In this document: piece after piece, positions 11,601-22,800 of the stretch
Layout: the number at the start of each line of letters is the position of its first letter
How positions within the stretch are numbered: the stretch's first letter is position 1
NCBI GenBank assembly: GCA_964016885.1
Contig: OZ024743.1
Location: 134,044,001 to 134,108,000, forward strand
Direction: 5' to 3'
Length of the DNA stretch: 64,000 nt
Source of the DNA: Eledone cirrhosa
Taxonomy: Eukaryota
Translations under genes and position numbers: made by a program
Notes under the pieces: model-generated
What the model saw: only the letters and a program-made list of their open reading frames with translations
Databases searched by the model: none
What the model was told of the DNA's origin: nothing

Positions 11601-14600
11601 GTTTGGTGCTTGGTGTTTGGTGCTTGGTGTTTGGTGCTTGGTGCCTGTGCTTGGTGCTTGGTGTTTGGTGTTTGGTGTTTGGGGCTTGGTGTTAGGTGTT
11701 TGGTGCTTGGTGCTTGGTGTTTGGTGTTTGGTGCTTGGTGTTTGGTGCTTGGTGCTTGGTGTTTGGTGTTTGGTGCTTGGTGTTTGGTGCTTGGTACTTG
11801 GTGCTTGGTGCTTGGTGTTAGGTGTTTGGTGCTTGGTGCTTGGTGTTTGGTTTTTGGTGCTTGGTGCTTGGTGTTTGGTGTTTGGTGCTTGCTGCTGGCT
11901 GCTTGGTGCTTGGTGATTGGTGCTTGGTGTTTGGTGCTTGGTGTTTGGTGTTTGGTGCTAGGTGCTTGGTGCTTGGTGTTTGGTGCTTGGTGCTTGGTGT
12001 TTGGTGTTTGGTGTTTGGTGCTTGGTGCTTGGTGTTTGGTGCTTGGTGCTTGGTGCTGGGTGGTTGGTGTTTGGTGCTTGGTGTTTGGTGCTGGGTGCTT
12101 GGTGTTTGGTGCTTGGTGTTTGGTGCTTGGTGTTTGGTGTTTGGTGCTTGGTGCTTGGTGTTTGGTGCTTGGTTCTTGGTGTTTGGTGCTTGGTGCTTAG
12201 TGTTTGGTGCTAGGTGCTTGGGGTTTGGTGTTTGGTGCTTGGTGTTTGGTGCTTGGTGCTTGGTGTTTGGTGTTTGGTGTTTGGTGCTTGGTGCTTGGTA
12301 TTTGGTGTTTGCTGTTTGCTGTTTGGTGTTTGTTGTTTGGTGTTTGTTGTTTGGTGTTTGGTGTTTGCTGTTTGGTGTCTGCTTTTTGGTGTTTGGTGTT
12401 TGCTGTATGTTGTTTGCTGTTTGGTGTTTGGTGTTTGGTATTTGGTGTTTGGTGCTTGGTGCTTGGTGTTTGGTGCTTGGTGCTTGGTGTTTGGTGCCTG
12501 GTGCTTGGTGCTTGGTGTTTGGTGTTTGGTGCTTGGTGCTTGGTGCTTGGAGTTTGGTGTTTGGTGCTTGTTGCTTGGTGTTTTGTGTTTGGTGTTTGGT
12601 TTTTGGTGCTTGGTGCTTGGTGCTTGGTCCTTGGTGTTTGATGCTGGGTGCTTTGTGTTTGGTGCTTGGTGCTTCGTGCTTGGTGTTTGGTGTTTGCTGC
12701 TTGGTGTTTGGTGCTTGGTGCTTGGTGTTTGGTGTTTTGAGTTTGGTGCTTGGTGCTTGGTGTTTGGTGCTTTGTGCTTGGTGCTTGGTGCTTTTACTTG
12801 GTGCTTGGTGCTTGGTGTTTGGTTCTTGGTTCTTGGTGTTTGGTACTTGGTGCTTGGTGCTTGGTGTTTGGTGCTTGGTGTTTGGTGCTTGTTGCTTGGT
12901 GTTTGGTGCTTGGTGTTTGGTGTTTGGTGCTTGGTGCTTGGTGTTTGGTGTTTGGTGTTTGGTGTTTGCTGTTTGGTGTTTGGTGTTTGCTGTTTGCTGT
13001 TTGGTGTCTGCTTTTTGGTGTTTGGTGTTTGCTGTATGGTGTTTGCTGTTTTGGTGTTTGGTGTTTGCTGTTTGGTGTTTGGTCTTTGGTGCTTGGTGTT
13101 TGGTGTTTGGTGCTTGGTGCTTGGTGCTTGGTGTTTGGTGTTTGGTGCTTGGTGTCTGGTGCTTGGTGTTTGGTGTTTGGTGCTTGGTGTTTGGTGTTTG
13201 GTGTTTGGTGCTTGGTGCTTGGTGTTTGGTGTTTGGTGCTTGGTGTTTGGTGTTTGGTGCTTGTTGCTTGGTGCTTGGTGCTTGGTGTTTGGTGCTTGGT
13301 GCTTGGTGTTTGGTGCTGGGTGCTGGGTGCTTGGTGTTTGGTGCTTGGTGCTTGGTGCTTGGTGTTTGGTGCTTGGTGCTTTGTGCTTGGTCTTTGGTGC
13401 TTGGTGTTTGCTGTTTGGTGCTTGGTGCTTGGTGCTTGGTGTTTGGTGCTTGGTGATTAGTGTTTGGTGCTTGGTACTTGGTGTTTGGTGCTTGCTGTTT
13501 GGTGTTTGCTGTTTGGTGTTTGGTGTTTGGTGTTTGCTGTTTGGTGTCTGCTTTTTGGTGTTTGGTGTTTGCTGTATGGTGTCTGCTGTTTCGTGTTTGG
13601 TGTTTGCTGTTTGGTGTTTGGTGCTTGGTGCTTGGTGTTTGGTGCTTGGTGCTTGGTGCTCGGTGGTTGGTGTTTGGTGCTTGGTGTTTGGTGCTGGGTG
13701 CTTGGTGTTTGGTGCTTGGTGCTTGGTGTTTGGTGCTTGGTGTTTGGTGTTTGGTGCTTGGTGCTTGGTGTTTGGTGCTTGGTGCTTGGTGTTTGGTGCT
13801 TGGTGCTTAGTGTTTGGTGCTAGGTGCTTGGGGTTTGTTGTTTGGTGCTTGGTGTTTGGTGCTTGGTGCTTGGTGTTTGGTGTTTGGTGTTCGGTGCTTG
13901 GTGCTTGGTATTTGGTGTTTGATGTTTGCTGTTTGGTGTTTGTTGTTTGGTGTTTGTTGTTTGGTGTTTGCTGTTTGGTGTTTGGTGTTTGGTGTTTGCT
14001 GTTTGGTGTCTGCTTTTTGGTGTTTGGTGTTTGCTGTATGTTGTTTGCTGTTTGGTGTTTGGTGTTTGGTATTTGGTGTTTGGTGCTTGGTGCTTGGTGT
14101 TTGGTGCTTGGATCTTGGTGCTTGGTGCCTGGTGTTTGGTGTTTATTGCTTGTTGCTTGGTGCTTGGTGCTTGGTGTTTGGTGTTTGGTGCTTGGGGTTT
14201 GGTGCTGGGTGCTTGGTGTTTGGTGCATGGTGCTTGGTGCTTGGTGTTTGGTGTTATATGCTTGGTGTTTGATGCTTGGTGCTTGGTGCTTGGTGTTTGG
14301 TGTTTGGTGCTTGGTGTTTGATGCTTGGTGTTTGATGCTTGGTGCTTGGTGCTTGGTGTTTGTTGCTTGGTGCTTGGTGTTTGTACTTGGTGCTTGGTGC
14401 TTGGTTCTTGGTGTTTGGTGCTTGGTGCTTGGTGCTTTGTGTTTGGTGCTTGGTGCCTGCTGCTTGGTGCTTGGTGTTTGGTGTTTGGTGTTTGGTGCTT
14501 GCTGTTAGGTGTTTGGTGCTTGGTGCTTGGTGTTTGGTGCTTGGTGCTTGGTGTTTGGTGTTTGGTGCTTGGTGTTTGGTGCTTGGTACTTGGTGCTTGG

Positions 14601-16278
14601 TGCTTGGTGTTAGGTGTATGGTGCTTGATGCTTGGTGTTTGGTTTTTGGTGCTTGGTGCTTGGTGTTTGGTGTTTGGTGCTTGCTGCTGGCTGCTTGGTG
14701 CTTGGTGATTGGTGCTTGGTGTTTGGTGCTTGGTGTTTGGTGTTTGGTGCTAGGTGCTTGGTGTTTGGTGTTTGGTGCTTGGTGCTTGGTGTTTGGTGTT
14801 TGGTGTTTGGTGCTTGGTGCTTGGTGTTTGGTGCTTGGTGCTTGGTGCTGGGTGGTTGGTGTTTGGTGCTTGGTGTTTGGTGCTGGGTGCTTGGTGTTTG
14901 GTGCTTGGTGCTTGGTGTTTGGTGCTTGGTGTTTGGTGTTTGGTGCTTGGTGCTTGGTGTTTGGTGCTTGGTGCTTGGTGTTTGGTGCTTGGTGCTTAGT
15001 GTTTGGTGCTAGGTGCTTGGGGTTTGGTGTTTGGTGCTTGGTGTTTGGTGCTTGGTGCTTGGTGTTTGGTGTTTGGTGTTTGGTGCTTGGTGCTTGGTAT
15101 TTGGTGTTTACTGTTTGCTGTTTGGTGTTTGTTGTTTGGTGTTTGTTGTTTGGTGTTTGCTGTTTGGTGTTTGCTGCTTGGTGTTTGGTGCTTGGTGCTT
15201 GATGCTTGGTGTTTTGTGTTTGGTGCTTGGTGCTTGGTGTTTGGTGCTTGGTGCTTGGTTCTAGGTGTTTGTACTTAGTGCTTGGTGTTTGGTGCTTGGT
15301 GCTTGGTGCTTGGTGTTTGGTGTTTGGTGCTTGGTTCTTGGTGCTTGGAGTTTGGTGTTTGGTGATTGTTGCTTGGTGTTTGGTGCTTGGTGCTTTGTGC
15401 TTGGTGTTTGGTGTTTGCTGCTTGGTGTTTTGTGCTTGGTGCTTGGTGCTTGGTGTTTTGAGTTTGGTGCTTGGTGCTTGGTGTTTGGTGCTTGGTGCTT
15501 GGTGCTTGGTGTTTGTACTTGGTGCTTGGTGCTTGGTGTTTGGTTCTTGGTTCTTGGTGTTTGGTACTTGGTGCTTGGTGCTTGGTGCTTGGTGTTTGCT
15601 GCTTGGTGTTTGGTGCTTGTTGCTTGGTGTTTGGTGCTTGGTGTTTGGTGTTTGGTGCTTGGTGCTTGGTGTTTGGTGTTTGGTGTTTGCTGTTTGCTGT
15701 TTGGTGTTTGGTGTTTGCTGTTTGCTGTTTGGTGTCTGCTTTTTGGTGTTTGGTGTTTGCTGTATGGTGTTTGCTGTTTTGGTGTTTGGTGTTTGCTGTA
15801 TGGTGTTTGGTCTTTGGTGCTTGGTGTTTGGTGCTTGGTGCTTGGTGTTTGGTGTTTGGTGCTTGGTGTTTGGTGTTTGGTGTTTGGTGCTTGGTGCTTG
15901 GTGCTTGGTGTTTGGTGTTTGGTGTTTGGTGCTTGGTGTCTGGTGCTTGGTGCTTGGTGTTTGGTGCTTGGTGTTTGGTGTTTGGTGTTTGGTGCTTGGT
16001 GCTTGGTGTCTGGTGTTTGGTGCTTGGTGTTTGGTGTTTGGTGCTTGTTGCTTGGTGCTTGGTGCTTGGTGTTTGGTGCTTGGTGCTTGGTGTTTGGTGC
16101 TGGGTGCTGGGTGCTTGGTGTTTGGTGCTTGGTGCTTGGTGCTTGGTGTTTGGTGCTTGGTGCTTGGTGCTTGGTCTTTGGTGCTTGGTGTTTGCTGTTT
16201 GGTGCTTGGTGCTTGGTGCTTCGTGTTTGGTGCTTGGTGATTAGTGTTTGGTGCTTGGTTCTTGGGGTTTGGTGTTTG
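5620..16278. repeat. 5973-bp higher-order duplication (~5620-10305 vs ~11593-16278)
   Basis: Constant +5973 offset for ORFs 5849/11822, 6241/12214, 7487/13460, 8366/14339 and 9233/15206. Translations appear identical apart from about two substitutions (near 8160 and 15599). Confidence 0.95.
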
Positions 16279-19200
16279 GTGCTTGGTGCTTGGTGTTTGG
16301 TGCTTGGTACTTGGTGTTTGGTGCTTGGTGTTTGGTGTTTGCTGTTTGGTGTTTGGTGTTTGGTGTTTGGTGTTTGCTGTTTGGTGTCTGCTTTTTGGAG
16401 TTTGGTGTTTGCTGTATGGTGTTTGCTGTTTCGTGTTTAGTGTTTGCTGTTTGGTGTTTGGTGCTTGGTGCTTGGTGTTTGGTGCTTGGTGCTTGGTACT
16501 GGGTGGTTGGTGTTTGGTGCTTGGTGTTTGGTGCTGGGTGCTTGGTGTTTGGTGCTTGGTGCTTGGTGTTTGGTGCTTGGTGTTTGGTGTTTGGTGCTTG
16601 GTGCTTGGTGTTTGGTGCTTGGTGCCTGGTGTTTGGTGCTTGGTGCTTAGTGTTTGGTGCTAGATGCTTGGGGTTTGGTGTTTGGTGCTTGGTGTTTGGT
16701 GCTTGTTGCTTGGTGTTTGGTGTTTGGTGTTTGGTGCTTGGTGCTTGGTATTTGGTGTTTGATGTTTGCTGTTTGGTGTTTGTTGTTTGGTGTTTGTTGT
16801 TTGGTGTTTGCTGTTTGGTGTTTGGTGTTTGGTGTTTGCTGTTTGGTGTCTGCTTTTTGGTGTTTGGTGTTTGCTGTATGTTGTTTGCTGTTTGGTGTTT
16901 GGTGTTTGGTATTTGGTGTTTGGTGCTTGGTGCTTGGTGTTTGGTGCTTGGATCTTGGTGTTTGGTGCCTGGTGCTTGGTGCTTGGTGTTTGGTGTTTGG
17001 TGCTTGGTGCTTGGTGCTTGGTGCTTGGAGTTTGGTGTTTGGTGCTTGTTGCTTGGTGTTTTGTGTTTGGTGTTTGGTTTTTGGTGCTTGGTGCTTGGTG
17101 CTTGGTCCTTGGTGTTTGGTGCTGGGTGCTTTGTGTTTGGTGCTTGGTGCTTCGTGCTTGGTGTTTGGTCTTTGCTGCTTGGTGTTTGGTGCTTGGTGCT
17201 TGGTGCTTGGTGTTTTGAGTTTGGTGCTTGGTGCTTGGTGTTTGGTGCTTGGTGCTTGGTGCTTGGTGTTTGTACTTGGTGCTTGGTGCTTGGTGTTTGG
17301 TTCTTGGTTCTTGGTGTTTGGTACTTGGTGCTTGGTGCTTGGTGTTTGGTGTTTGGTGCTTGGTGTTTGGTGCTTGTTGCTTGGTGTTTGGTGCTTGGTG
17401 TTTGGTGTTTGGTGCTTGGTGCTTGGTGTTTGGTGTTTGGTGTTTGCTGTTTGCTGTTTGGTGTTTGGTGTTTGCTGTTTGCTGTTTGGTGTCTGCTTTT
17501 TGGTGTTTGGTGTTTGCTGTTTGGTGTTTGGTCTTTGGTGTCTGGTTTTTGGTGCTTGGTGCTTGGTGTTTGGTGTTTGGTGCTTGCTGCTGGCTGCTTG
17601 GTGCTTGGTGATTGGTGCTTGGTGTTTGGTGCTTGGTGTTTGGTGTTTGGTGCTAGGTGCTTGGTGCTTGGTGTTTGGTGCTTAGTGCTTGGTGTTTGGT
17701 GTTTGGTGTTTGGTGCTTGGTGCTTGGTGTTTGGTGCTTGGTGCTTGGTGCTGGGTGGTTGGTGTTTGGTGCTTGGTGTTTGGTGCTGGGTGCTTGGTGT
17801 TTGGTGCTTGGTGCTTGGTGTTTGGTGCTTGGTGTTTGGTGTTTGGTGCTTGGTGCTTGGTGTTTGGTGGTTGGTGCTTGGTGTTTGGTGCTTGGTGCTT
17901 AGTGTTTGGTGCTAGGTGCTTGGGGTTTGGTGTTTGGTGCTTGGTGTTTGGTGCTTGGTGCTTGGTGTTTGGTGTTTGGTGTTTGGTGCTTGGTGCTTGG
18001 TATTTGGTGTTTGCTGTTTGCTGTTTGGTGTTTGTTGTTTGGTGTTTGTTGTTTGGTGTTTGCTGTTTGGTGTTTGCTGTTTGGTGTTTGGTGCTTGGTG
18101 CTTGATGCTTGGTGTTTTGTGTTTGGTGCTTGGTGCTTGGTGTTTGGTGCTTGGTGCTTGGTGCTAGGTGTTTGTACTTGGTGCTTGGTGTTTGGTGCTT
18201 GGTGCTTGGTGCTTGGTGTTTGGTGTTTGGTGCTTGGTTCTTGGTGCTTGGAGTTTGGTGTTTGGTGCATGTTGCTTGGTGTTTGGTGCTTGGTGCTTTG
18301 TGCTTGGTGTTTGGTGTTTGCTGCTTGGTGTTTGGTGCTTGGTGCTTGGTGCTTGGTGTTTTGAGTTTGGTGCTTGGTGCTTGGTGTTTGGTGCTTGGTG
18401 CTTGGTGCTTGGTGTTTGTACTTGGTGCTTGGTGCTTGGTGTTTGGTTCTTGGTTCTTGGTGTTTGGTACTTGGTGCTTGGTGCTTGGTGCTTGGTGTTT
18501 GGTGCTTGGTGTTTGGTGCTTGTTGCTTGGTGTTTGGTGCTTGGTGTTTGGTGTTTGGTGCTTGGTGCTTGGTGTTTGGTGTTTGGTGTTTGCTGTTTGG
18601 TGTTTGGTGCTTGGTGTTTGCTGTTTGCTGTTTGGTGTCTGCTTTTTGGTGTTTGGTGTTTGCTGTATGGTGTTTGCTGTTTTGGTGTTTGGTGTTTGCT
18701 GTTTGGTGTTTGGTCTGTGGTGCTTGGTGTTTGGTGCTTGGTGCTTGGTGTTTGGTGTTTGGTGCTTGGTGTTTGGTGTTTGGTGTTTGGTGCTTGGTGC
18801 TTGGTGCTTGGTGTTTGGTGTTTGGTGTTTGGTGCTTGGTGTCTGGTGCTTGGTGCTTGGTGTTTGGTGCTTGGTGTTTGGTGTTTGGTGTTTGGTGCTT
18901 GGTGCTTGGTGTTTGGTGTTTGGTGCTTGGTGTTTGGTGTTTGGTGCTTGTTGCTTGGTGCTTGGTGCTTGGTGTTTGGTGCTTGGTGCTTGGTGTTTGG
19001 TGCTGGGTGCTGGGTGCTTGGTGTTTGGTGCTTGGTGCTTGGTGCTTGGTGTTTGTTGCTTGGTGCTTGGTGCTTGGTCTTTGGTGCTTGGTGTTTGCTG
19101 TTTGGTGCTTGGTGCTTGGTGCTTCGTGTTTGGTGCTTGGTGATTAGTGTTTGGTGCTTGGTGCTTGGGGTTTGGTGTTTGGTGCTTGGTGCTTGGTGTT

Positions 19201-19865
19201 TGGTGCTTGGTACTTGGTGTTTGGTTCTTGGTGTTTGGTGTTTGCTGTTTGGTGTTTGGTGTTTGGTGTTTGGTGTTTGCTGTTTGGTGTCTGCTTTTTG
19301 GTGTTTGGTGTTTGCTGTATGGTGTTTGCTGTTTCGTGTTTAGTGTTTGCTGTTTGGTGTTTGGTGCTTGGTGCCTGGTGTTTGGTGCTTGGTGCTTGGT
19401 GCTGGGTGGTTGGTGTTTGGTGCTTGGTGTTTGGTGCTGGGTGCTTGGTGTTTGGTGCTTGGTGCTTGGTGTTTGGTGCTTGGTGTTTGGTGTTTGGTGC
19501 TTGGTGCTTGGTGTTTGGTGCTTGGTGCCTGGTGTTTGGTGCTTGGTGCTTAGTGTTTGGTGCTAGATGCTTGGGGTTTGGTGTTTGGTGCTTGGTGTTT
19601 GGTGCTTGTTGCTTGGTGTTTGGTGTTTGGTGTTTGGTGCTTGGTGCTTGGTATTTGGTGTTTGATGTTTGCTGTTTGGTGTTTGTTGTTTGGTGTTTGC
19701 TGTTTGGTGTTTGCTGTTTGGTGTTTGGTGTTTGGTGTTTGCTGTTTGGTGTCTGCTTTTTGGTGTTTGGTGTTTGCTGTATGTTGTTTGCTGTTTGGTG
19801 TTTGGTGTTTGGTATTTGGTGTTTGGTGCTTGGTGCTTGGTGTTTGGTGCTTGGATCTTGGTGTT
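14640..19865. repeat. 2903-bp duplication (~14640-16960 vs ~17545-19865), more diverged than the 5973-bp pair
   Basis: ORF pairs 14754/17657, 15206/18109, 16244/19147 and 16654/19557. GGATC at 16950 and 19853. Confidence 0.9.
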
Positions 19866-22800
19866 TGGTGCCTGGTGCTTGGAGTTTGGTGTTTGGTGCT
19901 TGTTGCTTGGTGTTTTGTGTTTGGTGTTTGGTTTTTGGTGCTTGGTGCTTGGTGCTTGGTCCTTGGTGTTTGGTGCTGGGTGCTTTGTGTTTGGTGCTTG
20001 GTGCTTCGTGCTTGGTGTTTGGTCTTTGCTGCTTGGTGTTTGGTGCTTGGTGCTTGGTGCTTGGTGTTTTGAGTTTGGTGCTTGGTGCTTGGTGTTTGGT
20101 GCTTGGTGCTTGGTGCTTGGTGTTTGTACTTGGTGCTTGGTGCTTGGTGTTTGGTTCTTGGTTCTTGGTGTTTGGTACTTGGTGCTTGGTGCTTGGTGCT
20201 TGGTGTTTGGTGCTTGGTGTTTGGTGCTTGTTGCTTGGTGTTTGGTGCTTGGTGTTTGGTGTTTGGTGCTTGGTGTTTGCTGTTTGCTGTTTGGTGTTTG
20301 GTGTTTGCTGTTTGCTGTTTGGTGTCTGCTTTTTGGTGTTTGGTGTTTGTTGTTTGGTGTTTGGTCTTTGGTGCTTGGTGTTTGGTGCTTGGTGCTTGGT
20401 GTTTGGTGTTTGATGTTTGGTGCTTGGTGTTTGGTGTTTGGTGTTTGGTGCTTGGTGCTTGGTGCTTGGTGTTTGGTGTTTGGTGCTTGGTGTCTGGTGC
20501 TTGGTCTTTGGTGTTTGGTGCTTGGTGTTTGGTGTTTGGTGTTTGGTGCTTGGTGCTTGGTGCTTGGTGTTTGGTGCTTGGTGTTTGGTGTTTGGTTCTT
20601 GTTGCTTGGTGCTTGGTGCTTGGTGTTTGGTGCTGGGTGCTTGGTGTTTGGTGCTTGGTGCTTGGTGTTTGGTGCTTGGTGTTTGGTGTTTGGTGCTTGG
20701 TGCTTGGTGTTTGGTGCTTGGTGCCTGGTGTTTGGTGCTTGGTGCTTAGTGTTTGGTGCTAGATGCTTGGGGTTTGGTGTTTGGTGCTTGGTGTTTGGTG
20801 CTTGTTGCTTGCTGTTTGGTGTTTGTTGTTTGGTGTTTGCTGTTTGGTGTTTGCTGTTTGGTGTTTGGTGTTTGGTGTTTGCTGTTTGGTGTCTGCTTTT
20901 TGGTGTTTGGTGTTTGCTGTATGTTGTTTGCTGTTTGGTGTTTGGTGTTTGGTATTTGGTGTTTGGTGCTTGGTGCTTGGTGTTTGGTGCTTGGATCTTG
21001 GTGTTTGGTGCCTGGTGCTTGGAGTTTGGTGTTTGGTGCTTGTTGCTTGGTGTTTTGTGTTTGGTGTTTGGTGTTTGGTGCTTGGTGCTTGGTGCTTGGT
21101 GTTTGGTGTTTGGTGCTGGGTGCTTTGTGTTTGGTGCTTGGTGCTTCGTGCTTGGTGTTTGGTCTTTGCTGCTTGGTGTTTGGTGCTGGGTGCTTGGTGC
21201 TTGGTGTTTTGAGTTTGCTGCTTGGTGCTTGGTGTTTGGTGCTTGGTGCTTGGTGCTTGGTGTTTGTACTTGGTGCTTGGTGCTTGGTGTTTGGTTCTTG
21301 GTTCTTGGTGTTTGGTACTTGGTGCTTGGTGCTTGGTGCTTGGTGTTTGGTGCTTGGTGTTTGGTGCTTGTTGCTTGGTGTTTGGTGCTTGTTGTTTGGT
21401 GTTTGGTGCTTGGTGTTTGCTGTTTGCTGTTTGGTGTTTGGTGTTTGCTGTTTGCTGTTTGGTGTCTGCTTTTTGGTGTTTGGTGTTTGTTGTTTGGTGT
21501 TTGGTCTTTGGTGCTTGGTGTTTGGTGCTTGGTGCTTGGTGTTTGGTGTTTGATGTTTGGTGCTTGGTGTTTGGTGTTTGGTGTTTGGTGCTTGGTGCTT
21601 GGTGCTTGGTGTTTGGTGTTTGGTGCTTGGTGTCTGGTGCTTGGTCTTTGGTGTTTGGTGCTTGGTGTTTGGTGTTTGGTGTTTGGTGCTTGGTGCTTGG
21701 TGCTTGGTGTTTGGTGCTTGGTGTTTGGTGTTTGGTCCTTGTTGCTTGGTGCTTGGTGCTTGGTGTTTGGTGCTGGGTGCTTGGTGTTTGGTGCTTGGTG
21801 CTTGGTGTTTGCTGTTTGGTGTCTGCTTTTTGGTGTTTGGTGTTTGCTGTATGGTGTTTGCTGTTTCGTGTTTAGTGTTTGCTGTTTGGTGTTTGGTGCT
21901 TGGTGCCTGGTGTTTGGTGCTTGGTGCTTGGTGCTGGGTGGTTGGTGTTTGGTGCTTGGTGTTTGGTGCTGGGTGCTTGGTGTTTGGTGCTTGGTGCTTG
22001 GTGTTTGGTGCTTGGTGTTTGGTGTTTGGTGCTTGGTGCTTGGTGTTTGGTGCTTGGTGCCTGGTGTTTGGTGCTTGGTGCTTAGTGTTTGGTGCTAGAT
22101 GCTTGGGGTTTGGTGTTTGGTGCTTGGTGTTTGGTGCTTGTTGCTTGGTGTTTGGTGTTTGGTGTTTGGTGCTTGGTGCTTGGTATTTGGTGTTTGATGT
22201 TTGCTGTTTGGTGTTTGTTGTTTGGTGTTTGCTGTTTGGTGTTTGCTGTTTGGTGTTTGGTGTTTGGTGTTTGCTGTTTGGTGTCTGCTTTTTGGTGTTT
22301 GGTGTTTGCTGTATGTTGTTTGCTGTTTGGTGTTTGGTGTTTGGTATTTGGTGTTTGGTGCTTGGTGCTTGGTGTTTGGTGCTTGGATCTTGGTGTTTGG
22401 TGCCTGGTGCTTGGAGTTTGGTGTTTGGTGCTTGTTGCTTGGTGTTTTGTGTTTGGTGTTTGGTTTTTGGTGCTTGGTGCTTGGTGCTTGGTCCTTGGTG
22501 TTTGGTGCTGGGTGCTTTGTGTTTGGTGCTTGGTGCTTCGTGCTTGGTGTTTGGTCTTTGCTGCTTGGTGTTTGGTGCTTGGTGCTTGGTGCTTGGTGTT
22601 TTGAGTTTGGTGCTTGGTGCTTGGTGTTTGGTGCTTGGTGCTTGGTGCTTGGTGTTTGTACTTGGTGCTTGGTGCTTGGTGTTTGGTTCTTGGTTCTTGG
22701 TGTTTGGTACTTGGTGCTTGGTGCTTGGTGCTTGGTGTTTGGTGCTTGGTGTTTGGTGCTTGTTGCTTGGTGTTTGGTGCTTGGTGTTTGGTGTTTGGTG

